Origin: Gemmatimonadales bacterium
Lineage (GTDB): Bacteria; Gemmatimonadota; Gemmatimonadetes; Gemmatimonadales; GWC2-71-9
Reading direction: 5' to 3'
Length of the DNA stretch: 64,000 nucleotides
Assembly (NCBI GenBank): GCA_965249575.1
Contig: OZ252244.1
Location: forward strand, 1,824,001 to 1,888,000
Shown: piece by piece, positions 50,220 to 60,290 of the stretch
How the letters are laid out: the number at the start of each line of letters is the position of its first letter
Position numbering within the stretch: the first letter of the stretch is position 1
Made by a program: the position numbers and the translations under genes
The notes under the pieces: model-generated
The model's input: the letters and a program-made list of their open reading frames with translations, nothing else
What the model was told of the DNA's origin: nothing
The model's database searches: none

Positions 50220-51181
50220 CCGCCGCCCAGCGATCACACCGGATAAAGGCTCGAGCCGCCGCGCTGGGGTTCGATGCGGTGGGAATCACGGACCTCTCAC
50301 CCCCACCACACGCCGAGCGGCTCGTTCGCTGGTTGCGAGACGGGTTTGCTGGGGACATGCGCTACATGCACAGGCAGGCTAACCGGAGGCTCGACCCTGC
50401 GTTGATCGTCAAACGCGCCACACGAGCCGTCATGCTCGCGCGTAACTATTTCGTGCCCGATCCGCCGGAGCTTGGCGAACGAACGGGAGCCGTTGCGAAG
50501 TACGCGAGAGGCACGGATTATCACCAGGCGCTCCGAGAGCCGCTCGAAGCGCTTGCGTGCGACATAAAGGCGGTCGGTAGCAGCGGAGCGTTTGCAGAGT
50601 ATTACGTGGACGGCGGACCGGTGCCTGAGCGGGAACTCGCGCAACGGGCGGGGCTGGGGTGGATCGGGAAGAACACGATGTTGATCGACCCAACGCGGGG
50701 ATCGTACTTCTTCTTGGCGGCCGTACTCACGAACGTCGACTTAGAGATCGATCGCCCGTTCGAGTCGGATCGGTGCGGGACTTGCCGGCTTTGCTTGGAC
50801 GCCTGCCCGACGGATGCCTTCATCGACGAGCGTGTGCTCGACAGCCGGCGATGCATTTCTTATCTCACGATCGAGTACCGAGGAGAAATCGACCGGGCGT
50901 TGGCACCGCTCATGGGGGACTGGGTGTTCGGATGCGACATCTGTCAGGATGTGTGTCCGTGGAACGAGAAGTTCGCCCAAACGGTCGACGACGACGCTCT
51001 GGGACAGGATGGCTCCATGGCCCGTCCGCGACTGGATGACTTCTTCAAGATGAGCGAGAGAGATTTCGACGAGCGCTACGGCGATACGCCATTTGAGCGC
51101 CCCGGGCTCACGGGAATGCGAAGAAATGCCCAGATCGCGCTGGACAACTCAGACAAGGGCGTGCAGTGCCCCACACAGTAA
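50216..51181 (+). CDS. queG: tRNA epoxyqueuosine(34) reductase
   Basis: YARGTDYH, ERELAQRAGLGWIGKN, CGTCRLCLDACP, CISYLTIE, GCDICQDVCPWN. Confidence 0.95.
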   Translation: MTAAQRSHRIKARAAALGFDAVGITDLSPPPHAERLVRWLRDGFAGDMRYMHRQANRRLDPALIVKRATRAVMLARNYFVPDPPELGERTGAVAKYARGTDYHQALREPLEALACDIKAVGSSGAFAEYYVDGGPVPERELAQRAGLGWIGKNTMLIDPTRGSYFFLAAVLTNVDLEIDRPFESDRCGTCRLCLDACPTDAFIDERVLDSRRCISYLTIEYRGEIDRALAPLMGDWVFGCDICQDVCPWNEKFAQTVDDDALGQDGSMARPRLDDFFKMSERDFDERYGDTPFERPGLTGMRRNAQIALDNSDKGVQCPTQ

Positions 51182-51459
51182 CCAATCCGGCCCTTAGGGA
51201 GCGCTTGAGCGAGATACAGCGGCGCCTCAGCGATGGGCTGGCGAAGGTCGACCCCCATCACCGGCTGCGGGGACGGCCAACGAGCTATCAGGTCATCTCG
51301 GGGGAGACATTTGAGATCGTCTATCGTGACGTGTCGCGAATCGATGAGGCCGAGGTGCTAGGTGTCAAGAAAGTGATTGGAGAGCAGTGTTTCTGCAGCG
51401 TCACTCCCCAAACCGCCGAGACGGTTACGGTCAGGTTCGTGGTGCCTCTTCGAGGTTAG
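51166..51459 (+). CDS. Hypothetical protein
   Basis: ORF overlaps the queG end; AAGGG SD. Confidence 0.6.
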   Translation: MPHTVTNPALRERLSEIQRRLSDGLAKVDPHHRLRGRPTSYQVISGETFEIVYRDVSRIDEAEVLGVKKVIGEQCFCSVTPQTAETVTVRFVVPLRG

Positions 51460-51483
51460 TCGCAGCTCAGCTGGGGAGGAAGA

Positions 51484-52242
51484 TCACAATCCCGTGGGGT
51501 GATCTATGAACTCCCACGGCAAATCGAACCGGTCTTGGAGGTGGGCAGCGAGGGCCTTCACCCCGACCGTTTCCGTTGCGTAGTGACCCGCGAGTATCAA
51601 GTTGAGCCCCAACTCCTCGGCCTCCAGGTAGGTGTAATGTGGTCCCTCGCCGGTGAGAAGGGTGTCGATGCCGGCAGCCCGCGCTTCGCGCAGGGCAGAC
51701 GCGCCCGCGCCCGTCACGATTCCGATCCGGCTGATCCTGGCCGGGCCGGTTTCGATCACGCGGGGCGCAACACCGAGCTCCCGCGTGATCCGTTCCCTTA
51801 GTTCGGTTCGCTCGACATCCAAGCTCCCGGCAACACCTATGGACGTCCCCTGATACTCGCCGAACGGCGTCAAGTCCGTTGTGCCCAGCCGGCCGGCGAG
51901 CACGGCATTGTTGCCGACCGTCGGATGGCAGTCGAGGGGTATGTGGGAGGCGTAGAGGGCGATTCCGTGGGCCAACAGGGTGCGAAGTCGTTTGAAATGC
52001 TTCCCAACAACCGGCTCGAGACCCGACCAGAACAGTCCGTGGTGCACGATCAGAAGGTCCACACTGGAGGACCGGGCGAGATCGATCGTGGCCTGACACG
52101 CATCGACCGCTGCTCCGACCCTCGACACCCGCCCAACTGACTCCACTTGGAGCCCGTTTAGCGCCTGTGGCTCGTCCGGCAGCGACCCTATTCGAAGATA
52201 GTCGTCCAGATAGGCGACAATGTCTCTAAGCGAATGAGGCAC
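51484..52242 (-). CDS. Nif3-like dinuclear metal centre protein (YbgI family)
   Basis: NGLQVE, VHHGLFW, HIPLDCH, TGE, GHYATE. Confidence 0.93.
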   Translation of the reverse strand: MPHSLRDIVAYLDDYLRIGSLPDEPQALNGLQVESVGRVSRVGAAVDACQATIDLARSSSVDLLIVHHGLFWSGLEPVVGKHFKRLRTLLAHGIALYASHIPLDCHPTVGNNAVLAGRLGTTDLTPFGEYQGTSIGVAGSLDVERTELRERITRELGVAPRVIETGPARISRIGIVTGAGASALREARAAGIDTLLTGEGPHYTYLEAEELGLNLILAGHYATETVGVKALAAHLQDRFDLPWEFIDHPTGL

Positions 52243-52438
52243 AGAGAGTTACTGGCGTACCGCCACCAACGCGACACCGTCGCTGCGGTTTCCACACCGG
52301 GAGGGGAAATTTGTGTGACTATATCTCATGTAATCTAGCAAGTGTGAGCAGTAAAGCCAATAATGACAACATACTATGCGTGTGGCCATAGGCGCCACAT
52401 TAAGTGTGGATATCGCGGTGGAAAGCCGGATCGCTGAG
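52243..52438. other. AT-rich intergenic region with DnaA-box-like motifs (candidate oriC or DnaA site)
   Basis: GTTTCCACA 52288-96, TGTGGATAT 52405-13, GGTGGAAAG 52417-25. Line 52321-52380 is 22/60 GC by hand count. Confidence 0.4.
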
Positions 52439-52918
52439 TTAGGTCGTGGCTGACCGGATGGCCGGCACCCGCTCTGCCTTCGCGACTGCTGGGCGCTCGG
52501 TTGCGGCGACTTCGGTCGAGTGGTCCGGAGGGTCCAACGCGTTGGGATTGGCCATCCGAACGTTGCCGTTCACCTCGCCGCCCTCATGGACGACAATGCG
52601 CTGGGTCGTGATGTCACCGTGAATGGTGGAGCTCGCCTGGACCTCCACCCGTTCGTCGGCCAAGATCGACCCCCGCACTTCTCCCCCAACTACCGCCTCC
52701 CGGGTGTATACATCGCCCTCGATCAGGCCCCCTTTGGCAACGAGCACTTGTAGCTCTGCACGTACGGATCCCACGATCTTTCCCTCGATCTTCACAACGC
52801 CATCGGAGGTCAATTCTCCCGTCACGCAGGAACCCGTGGCGATGATTGACAGTGCCGGCTCGGAGCTCTTGGCCGCTTCCCTCGGTCCGTCGCGCCGGGT
52901 CGAATAGCGCTGACTCAT
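52439..52918 (-). CDS. Bactofilin (polymer-forming cytoskeletal protein)
   Basis: Beta-helix repeats SIIATG...VTGEL...VKIEGKIVG...IEGDV...IHGDI. Confidence 0.92.
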   Translation of the reverse strand: MSQRYSTRRDGPREAAKSSEPALSIIATGSCVTGELTSDGVVKIEGKIVGSVRAELQVLVAKGGLIEGDVYTREAVVGGEVRGSILADERVEVQASSTIHGDITTQRIVVHEGGEVNGNVRMANPNALDPPDHSTEVAATERPAVAKAERVPAIRSATT

Positions 52919-52921
52919 TCT

Positions 52922-53707
52922 TCAGGTGTCCTCCTTCACAATGGTTCGCGGGTCGATCGAGCGTCCCCCTCGTCGGACCTCGAAGTGTAGATGCGGAGCA
53001 GTTGACCGCCCGGTGGAACCGGATAACGCAATCACTTGGCCGCTGCCAACTTGCTCGCCTCCCTCGACAAGGATTCTGGATGCGTGGCCGTACATGGTCT
53101 CGTACCCATCCGGATGGCGGATCAAGACGAACAAGCCGTAGTCTGGGTCGCGACCGGTCCGCCCAACCTCGCCACCGCCCGCCGCCCGTATGGGGGTCCC
53201 CATCGGCACGGCAATGTCGATCCCCGGATGCAACTCATCGACACCGCCTTCCCCGGTTTGACCACGCGTCACGACGCCGCGAAGGGGCCAGTACCGGGGA
53301 ACGGACTCACCCGGCTCGTATTTAGTCACGTCCGGCGGGCGGGCCGTTATGGGGTACGCGGCCGGCAGGTCTTCCGCGGTTCGAACCGGCGCGGGAAGGA
53401 CATCCCCACCCAGCATACCGCGAATTTGTGCGTACCGCGTTTCCATTTCAACCAGCCGTTCGGCCAGCCGCCTCACCTCCTCGTTCTCGGCAGTGAGGCG
53501 TCTGATATCCCGACTTAAGACGGGTACGCGGGCTGCAGCCCGGGCGACAGGTCCGTACGAGACCGCGGCCAGGAGTCCGAGGAAGAGCACCACGAGGGCC
53601 GTGAGACTGAGTGTACGGAGCAGCCATACCGGTACTCGATACGACCGCGATTCAACCTGCCCGTCACGGTGTAAGACGATGGTCACCGCGGGCCGGCGAC
53701 GGTTCAT
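52922..53707 (-). CDS. M23 metallopeptidase (TM, coiled coil, LytM domain)
   Basis: HPGIDIA, YGH, STGRSTAPHLHFE. Confidence 0.92.
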   Translation of the reverse strand: MNRRRPAVTIVLHRDGQVESRSYRVPVWLLRTLSLTALVVLFLGLLAAVSYGPVARAAARVPVLSRDIRRLTAENEEVRRLAERLVEMETRYAQIRGMLGGDVLPAPVRTAEDLPAAYPITARPPDVTKYEPGESVPRYWPLRGVVTRGQTGEGGVDELHPGIDIAVPMGTPIRAAGGGEVGRTGRDPDYGLFVLIRHPDGYETMYGHASRILVEGGEQVGSGQVIALSGSTGRSTAPHLHFEVRRGGRSIDPRTIVKEDT

Positions 53708-54582
53708 CCCTCGAAGCGTTCCCCGAGCACGATCTCGAGCAGGCGGGCGAGGTCGTCGTTGGAGTAGAAGTTGATCGTTATCCGGCCGGATTTCTTTCCT
53801 CGGGTCTTGACGAACACGTCGGTCTTGAGGCGCTCCCTCAACGCGTCCTCCACTCGTCGGACGTCTGGATCGGTCGGCCTCGGCCGCCGAGGTCGGCGCA
53901 CGGGTGCGCGGCCGTCGCGAGCGAACGCCTCGATCTCCCGAACGGACAGGCCACGATCCACACCGAGTTTGGCAGCCCGGCGGATCGAGGGGTCGTCCGG
54001 GAGCTGCAGGAGTGCCCGGGCGTGACCACTCGAGAGCCGCCCGGCGTAAACCATCTCCTGCACGTCTTCAGGAAGTTTCAGTAGGCGAAGCGCATTGGCC
54101 ACCGTTGATCTGTCGCGGCTCGTAATCTCGGCCACTTCGCTCTGCGACGCCCCGAACTCGCTCATCAAGCGCGCGTAGCCTCTTGCCTCGTCGATGGGGG
54201 ACAGGTCGTCGCGCTGGAGATTCTCGACGAGGGCGAGGGTGAGAAGCGTTCGATCGTCAACATCGCGAACGACCGCGCTGATCTCCTTCCACCCGAGGCG
54301 CTGGGCCGCGCGCCATCGTCGCTCGCCGGCGATCAATTCAAACGTCGCATCCGCGGCGGAGCGCACCACGATTGGCTGCAGTAGTCCGGAGCTGTCGAGG
54401 GATTGAGTCAGCTCGCTCAGCGCTGATTCGTCGAGAGCCCGTCGTGGCTGGTAGGGATTCGCGCGGATTGCGGTGATGTCGATTTGCACCAGGGAACCAT
54501 CCGCACGTGCCTCTGCCGTTGACGGCCCAAGCAGCGCTTCGAGTCCGCGGCCCAACCGCCGTCGCTGGCCGGTCTCAGTCAC
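53704..54582 (-). CDS. parB: Chromosome partitioning protein ParB
   Basis: [31 protein letters not shown]. Confidence 0.96.
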   Translation of the reverse strand: MTETGQRRRLGRGLEALLGPSTAEARADGSLVQIDITAIRANPYQPRRALDESALSELTQSLDSSGLLQPIVVRSAADATFELIAGERRWRAAQRLGWKEISAVVRDVDDRTLLTLALVENLQRDDLSPIDEARGYARLMSEFGASQSEVAEITSRDRSTVANALRLLKLPEDVQEMVYAGRLSSGHARALLQLPDDPSIRRAAKLGVDRGLSVREIEAFARDGRAPVRRPRRPRPTDPDVRRVEDALRERLKTDVFVKTRGKKSGRITINFYSNDDLARLLEIVLGERFEG

Positions 54583-55397
54583 GCTGGGACCTTGCCAGCG
54601 GAATCCACGTCTGCTTGGATGAGGCCGGATGTGCGAACGCGCCGGATGACCTCCTGAGCCAAGGCCAGGTAGCTCTTCGCCCCGATGGATTGCACGTCGT
54701 ACAGCAGGATGGGGCGGCCGAAGCTCGGCGCCTCAGCGAGGCGAACGTTTCGTGGGATGACACTGCGAAACATCTGTGGTCCGAAGTACTCCTGCGCTTC
54801 CGCGGCGACCTGACGCGAGAGATTCAATCTCGCATCGTACATCGTCAGCAGGACGCCTTCGATGGCCAACTGTGCATTGAAGTTCTGTTGAACGAGCTTC
54901 ACCGTATTGAGGAGTTGCGAGAGTCCCTCGAGCGCGTAGTACTCGCACTGTATCGGAATCAGCACGGAGTCCGCTGCCGTGAGCATGTTGAGGGTCAGGA
55001 GGCCCAGCGACGGCGGGCAATCGATTAGCACGTAGTCGTAGTCATCTCGCACCGGAGCTAACGTACGCCGCATCACCGATTCCCTGCCGTTGCGGTTGAC
55101 GAGCTCGATCTCCGCACCGACCAAGTCTTCGCTCGCTGGAATGACGTCGAGGGACGAGAAGTTCACTCCTCGCTTCGCGACCGCATTGATGCTGAAATCA
55201 TCCATGATGGCATCGTAGAGGGATGCCGAAAGGCTGCAACGCTCAAGCCCAACTCCGCTGGTTGCGTTGGCCTGTGGATCGGCGTCGATCAAAAGCGTAC
55301 GCTGTTCCGCGGCGGCTAGGGACGCTGCCAGGTTTACGGCTGTGGTAGTCTTGCCTACCCCGCCCTTTTGGTTCGCGATGGTGATGACTCTGGCCAT
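54579..55397 (-). CDS. parA: Chromosome partitioning ATPase ParA/Soj
   Basis: [38 protein letters not shown]. Confidence 0.96.
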   Translation of the reverse strand: MARVITIANQKGGVGKTTTAVNLAASLAAAEQRTLLIDADPQANATSGVGLERCSLSASLYDAIMDDFSINAVAKRGVNFSSLDVIPASEDLVGAEIELVNRNGRESVMRRTLAPVRDDYDYVLIDCPPSLGLLTLNMLTAADSVLIPIQCEYYALEGLSQLLNTVKLVQQNFNAQLAIEGVLLTMYDARLNLSRQVAAEAQEYFGPQMFRSVIPRNVRLAEAPSFGRPILLYDVQSIGAKSYLALAQEVIRRVRTSGLIQADVDSAGKVPA

Positions 55398-55421
55398 CAA
55401 AACCCCTCTAAGTCACCTTAA

Positions 55422-55444
55422 CTAACTATTATACAATAAGTTAG
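55422..55444 (-). promoter_or_regulatory. parA promoter -10 box inside an inverted repeat
   Basis: CTAACT-N11-AGTTAG encloses a minus-strand TATAAT (55428-55433) in a very AT-rich patch about 30 nt upstream of parA. Confidence 0.55.
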
Positions 55445-55536
55445 GAATACTAAACTTGCTGGGTCCCTGTTCACCAAACCCCTACCAATGCGAATATAGG
55501 GCAATCGAGTCCCTGCGTAAAGAACCGAAAGACATC

Positions 55537-55552
55537 CGTTTCACGTGAAACC
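55537..55552. promoter_or_regulatory. parS site 1
   Basis: CGTTTCACGTGAAACC, matching consensus TGTTTCACGTGAAACA in the 14-bp core. Confidence 0.9.
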
Positions 55553-55581
55553 CGGGAAGATCGTCCGGCATTGGTTCGGGA

Positions 55582-55597
55582 TGTTTCACGTGAAACG
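55582..55597. promoter_or_regulatory. parS site 2
   Basis: TGTTTCACGTGAAACG, 15/16 match to the consensus. Confidence 0.92.
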
Positions 55598-55693
55598 CTG
55601 GGAACCGCTCCGACTTCGAGCGTCGGAAACACGACTCAGCCGGCCTTGGTGTAGTGCTCCGGGAGAGTGCCCTCCGGAGAGGGCGGGGTCCTT

Positions 55694-57562
55694 TTATGCC
55701 GCTGCCCGACGGCGGGTCACCTCGAGCACGAGGTTTTGGAGGTCGCTGGGAGATACCCCCGGGACCCTACCAGCCTGAGCCAGTGAGGCGGGCTTGACAC
55801 GGTCGAGCTTCTGGCGAGCCTCTGTACTCAAACTCGAGAGTTCGGCGTAGGGCAGGTCGCGCGGTAAGCGGAAGTCCGCAAGCTCAGACAGCTTCCGGGC
55901 AGACTCTCGCTCTCTCGCAAGATAACCGGCGTACTTGAGCTCAATCTCGACCCCCATCCAAACATCGTCCCCATACGTGGGCATGGAGCCCGCTGACTCG
56001 ATCAGGTCTCGCAGTGGAACTCGTGGTCGCTTGACCAGAGCCGCTAGCTGCGTGGGCTCAGCAACCTCCCGCTCGCCGGCCATTCGCAGTACAGGATTGG
56101 CCGAATCGCGGCTCATCGTTGTGGATTCAACGATCGCGAGGAGCTCCTGCTCCTGGGAGCTTCGTTCGTCGAGCGCCTCCCGCTCGCCGTCGCTGAGCAT
56201 CCCCAGCCGGTCTGCGAGAGGGCCCAGACGCTTGGCGGCATTGTCCTGCCGAAGCAGAAGTCGAAACTCGGATCTCGAGGTGAAGAGTCTGTACGGCTCA
56301 TCGACACCGCGCGAGACCAAATCATCTACCAAAACGCCGATGTATCCGTCGTCCCGCCCCAAAACGACTGGCTCCTGGCCGCGCACTCGGCGAACCGCGT
56401 TGATGCCGGCCACCAACCCCTGGGCCGCAGCCTCCTCGTACCCCGTGGTGCCGTTGATCTGCCCAGCGAAGAACAAGTGCTCAACAGCCTTCAGCTCTAG
56501 CCAGGGCGTGAGCTGTTGCGGCTGATAGTAATCGTACTCGATTGCGTACCCGTGCCTCGTCATTCTTACGTCCCCGAGCCCCGGGATCGCTCGCAATACC
56601 TCCAGCTGAACTTCGACGGGCAGGGAGGTGGACAGGCCATTCACATACATCTCGCTCGTGCCTAGGCCCTCGGGCTCGAGAAACAGTTGGTGTCGATCCG
56701 CCTCCGGAAACCGTACGATCTTGTCCTCGATCGACGGGCAGTATCGCGGCCCGCGCCCGGAGATCGCGCCCCCGAACAGCGCCGACCGGCCCATGTGACG
56801 CTCGATGATCCGGTGCGCCTTCGCGTCAGTCCACGTTATCCAACATGGTCGCTGCTCGACCCGAGGAGCCCGCTCGAAGCAAGAAAAGCGGTAGGAATCC
56901 ATCTCACCGTCTTGCCTCCGTAGCTGCCCGCGATCTATGCTCCGGCCGTCGATGCGTGGAGGGGTGCCGGTCTTGAACCGCGCGACCCCCAGCCCCATCG
57001 CTTCCAGCTGCTCGGCAATCTCAATGGACGCCGGATCCCCAGCGCGTCCACCCTCGACCGTATCGCCGGTCCCTACGTGTATTCGCCCCCGCAAGAACGT
57101 CCCGGCGGTGAGGACCACGGCATTTGCTTTGAGCACCCGCCCATCACGCGTGCGAACCCCCGCGACTCTAGCGCCATCTAATGTCAGTGTCGCGACAGTT
57201 GCCTGACAGAACCTCAGATTCCCATGGCTCTCGAGGACTGCCCGGACCGCCGACCGATACAGGGCGCGGTCACACTGGGCGCGAGGGGCCCACACCGCCG
57301 GGCCCTTAGAGCGATTGAGCATCCGGAATTGAATCGTGGCACGGTCTGCGGCCCGGGACATCACGCCCCCAAAAGCGTCTACTTCCCGGACAACCGTTCC
57401 CTTTGCAATGCCGCCGATCGCGGGATTACATGACATCTGCCCAATCGTCTCGAGATTCGACGTGACGAGCAGAGTTCGCGCCCCCAGCCGAGCGGCTGCG
57501 CACGCCGCCTCAGCACCGGCGTGGCCTCCACCGATGACCAGCACATCCCACGTCGTGTCCAT
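55694..57562 (-). CDS. mnmG: tRNA uridine-5-carboxymethylaminomethyl modification enzyme GidA
   Basis: GGGHAGAEA, MSCNPAIGG, GPRYCPSIEDK, GQINGTTGYEEAAAQG. Confidence 0.97.
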   Translation of the reverse strand: MDTTWDVLVIGGGHAGAEAACAAARLGARTLLVTSNLETIGQMSCNPAIGGIAKGTVVREVDAFGGVMSRAADRATIQFRMLNRSKGPAVWAPRAQCDRALYRSAVRAVLESHGNLRFCQATVATLTLDGARVAGVRTRDGRVLKANAVVLTAGTFLRGRIHVGTGDTVEGGRAGDPASIEIAEQLEAMGLGVARFKTGTPPRIDGRSIDRGQLRRQDGEMDSYRFSCFERAPRVEQRPCWITWTDAKAHRIIERHMGRSALFGGAISGRGPRYCPSIEDKIVRFPEADRHQLFLEPEGLGTSEMYVNGLSTSLPVEVQLEVLRAIPGLGDVRMTRHGYAIEYDYYQPQQLTPWLELKAVEHLFFAGQINGTTGYEEAAAQGLVAGINAVRRVRGQEPVVLGRDDGYIGVLVDDLVSRGVDEPYRLFTSRSEFRLLLRQDNAAKRLGPLADRLGMLSDGEREALDERSSQEQELLAIVESTTMSRDSANPVLRMAGEREVAEPTQLAALVKRPRVPLRDLIESAGSMPTYGDDVWMGVEIELKYAGYLARERESARKLSELADFRLPRDLPYAELSSLSTEARQKLDRVKPASLAQAGRVPGVSPSDLQNLVLEVTRRRAAA

Positions 57563-57733
57563 GCGGGAATAATATCGTGAGTTGGGTCGCTGTGGGATGG
57601 CGGGGCCGGGACCTTCCCCCGCCGTGAGTCACCGCTTCCCCTTACACCTCTTCTGTGCCTCTTCGGAAACGGCGCGGCGGCACAGTTCCGAACGTCCTCG
57701 ATAACGCTTTCTGTTCGGCGCCTTCTTCACTCG

Positions 57734-59009
57734 TCACCCCGAGTAAACCCACCTAGCGATCTCTCGCAGTCCCGGCCGCTTCCCATACATCAGGATGCCA
57801 ACTCGAAAAATGCGAGCGGCGAGCCACACGACGGCCAATAGCGTCACGACCAACAGTGCGAGCGACAAGAACAGCTCCGAGACTGGAATCGGCGCCGCAG
57901 CCCACCGCACCGGCATCGCGATCGGGGAGCAGAACGGGACGAGCGACAGCGCTACCGCGAGTGACCCGCCCGGGTCGTTCAAGATTCCAACGATGAGCAC
58001 TGACGGCAGAACCAGAAGTCCGACCACGGGCGTCTGGGCTTGCCTGGCCTCCGCCTCGCTGCTCGACATCGCCGCTACCGCCGCAAACAAAGCAGCGTAC
58101 AGAAAGTACCCGAGGACGAAATAAGCGAGGAACACGAATACCGTCATCGACGATACGTGTGGTAGTCGAAACCCAGCCAACGCCCCAGGAGAACCCCCCG
58201 CCAGCTTCAGCAATGACTCCTGCTGCTGTAGGAACACAGCCCCAAAAACTCCCCAGATCGTCAGCTGGAACAATCCGACCGCACCCACGCCCACGATCTT
58301 GCCTGCGAGCAGCTCGAACGGTCGGAGACTCGAAATCAACACCTCGATAATGCGGGAGGTCTTCTCTTCCACTACCGAGCCCATCACGCTCACTCCGTAG
58401 ACCAATATCGCCATGTACAGGACCAGCCACATGATGGACGCCAGAATGAACGCCCCAAAACCCGACTCGTCCGTCCCTCCACTGGCGGTGACTTTCATAG
58501 TGGACAACCGTACCGGGATTTGCGCACGTCGCACGACCGAGGCGTCGACCCCCTCTCGCGTGAGTCTCTCCGTGAGGACTGCCTCTTCGAGATACGTCGA
58601 GAGCAGCTGCATGTCCCTGATGGACGAGACGTTCGAGCCCCGGTACTCGAATTTTGCCGTCGAGTACGCTCGCGTCAGAGACGATCACAAAACCGTCGAG
58701 CGCGTCCACTCCCACGAGTGCCGTCAGCGAATCGGCCACGATTTCCAAATCCACAGGCTCGGCACCTACTCGCGTCGCGCGCACTGGTTCCGATCGGTCC
58801 AGCTCCTCCGCGATACGCACACCGAAGCGCGTTGTCGAAACGTCTAGCACGCCGATCGACCGCTCGCTCGCGCCTCCGCCCGCGAGCAGCAGTGGCGCGA
58901 CGAGTAAACCGACCATGATGAAGGGACCAAGCAACGTCGAGATTATGAACCACCGGGTTTGCACGCGCTCCAGAAATTCCCGCCGCATCACCACCCAGGT
59001 CTTACGCAT
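57734..59009 (-). CDS. ABC-2 type (NatB-like) permease; frameshift at ~58652-58655
   Basis: MRKTWVVMRREFLERV N-terminus; VVEEKTSRIIEVL...GKIVG C-terminus. Removing one A from AAAA joins them (GKFEYRGSN). Confidence 0.85.
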
Positions 59010-59964
59010 CGGCCTCCCCGCCACCCACCACCAATTCGGGTTCTTGATTGGCCCCTACCTTGTCCAGAAAGATTTTGTGCAGGGAGGGCTCTCTGATCTC
59101 GAAACGGGTCAGCGTAACGCCGGAATTTACGAGATTGCGCAGAAGCTCCTGGGGATCAATGCCTTCCCGGAGTTCGAGCTCGGCGTAACCACCGTACGTG
59201 TCTGTCTTACTCACCACCGAGCGATCCGATAGGATCGACTCGATTCCAGACACCCCCCCTTCAACGGCCAGCGCTACGTGAGTACCGTGATAGGACCCCT
59301 TGACCTCGCTCAGCCTCCCGTCCACCACCTTCGCGCCCGCCGCTATGATGCAAACTGAGTCGCAGAGCCGCTCGGCCTGTTCCATTATGTGAGTCGAGAA
59401 CAGAATCGTCGTGCCCCCTCGTGCGAGGCCGAGCACAGTGTCTTTGAGAACTTGCGTGTTGACCGGGTCCAAGCCGGCAAACGCCTCGTCGAGAATCACG
59501 AGTTGGGGCTCGTGCAGCACGGTTGAGATGAACTGCACCTTTTGCTGCATGCCCTTAGAGAGCTCGTCGACCCTCCTGCGCCCCCACGCGCCCAAGTCAA
59601 GCTGCTCGAGCCACCCGAGCGCCCCCTTCCGAGCCCGCCTTCGCTCCATACCCTTGGCCTCAGCGAGAAAGACTAGGAGATCAACCACTTTCATCTTGCG
59701 GTAGAGGCCGCGCTCCTCAGGCAGGTAACCGATTTGCGTACTCATCGCCCTTCCGGAGTTCGCCTGGCCAAAAACCACCACCGACCCTTCGTCCGGCACG
59801 AAGATGTTCAGTATCATTCGCAGCGTGGTTGTCTTCCCCGCACCGTTCGGCCCGAGGAGTCCGTATATGGAACCGCGTGGCACTCGGAGGGACAGGTTTC
59901 TGACTGCTGTGTGTCCGGAAAACCGTTTCGTCACGCCCGCAAGCTCAACGGCTGGCTCGTTCAT
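59002..59964 (-). CDS. ABC transporter ATP-binding protein
   Basis: GPNGAGKTT, LSKGMQQ, ILDE, STH. Confidence 0.95.
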   Translation of the reverse strand: MNEPAVELAGVTKRFSGHTAVRNLSLRVPRGSIYGLLGPNGAGKTTTLRMILNIFVPDEGSVVVFGQANSGRAMSTQIGYLPEERGLYRKMKVVDLLVFLAEAKGMERRRARKGALGWLEQLDLGAWGRRRVDELSKGMQQKVQFISTVLHEPQLVILDEAFAGLDPVNTQVLKDTVLGLARGGTTILFSTHIMEQAERLCDSVCIIAAGAKVVDGRLSEVKGSYHGTHVALAVEGGVSGIESILSDRSVVSKTDTYGGYAELELREGIDPQELLRNLVNSGVTLTRFEIREPSLHKIFLDKVGANQEPELVVGGGEADA

Positions 59965-60290
59965 CAGAGGCCGATCATTGGATCGCTTGATATCATCGTC
60001 CTGTGTACCAGCATAGAGATGGGAATAGATATACCATCGGCCGACCCTCCGACAGCGGCCCGCCCTGGCGCACTATCACCCGAGCCCGCTCCACCCATTC
60101 GAGATCTCAGGAACAAAACCGCAGGCATTCCTGTTCTCCCTTTGAGCGAGACATGGTATTGACCTATCGGTCCGAGGCACCTGGATTGGATGCCCCGACG
60201 AGGTTCACCGACGTCGCGCCGACGCAACTCGGCAAGACGGAAAGGCGCTCTGGAGGCCTCGCCCGAACCCACTTCTGGAGGTAACACCCG

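Noticed and set aside
57563..57733. 33-codon basic minus-strand ORF (VKKAPNRKRY...) between the permease and mnmG
   Set aside because: Too short, weak SD and no recognisable family; cannot be supported.
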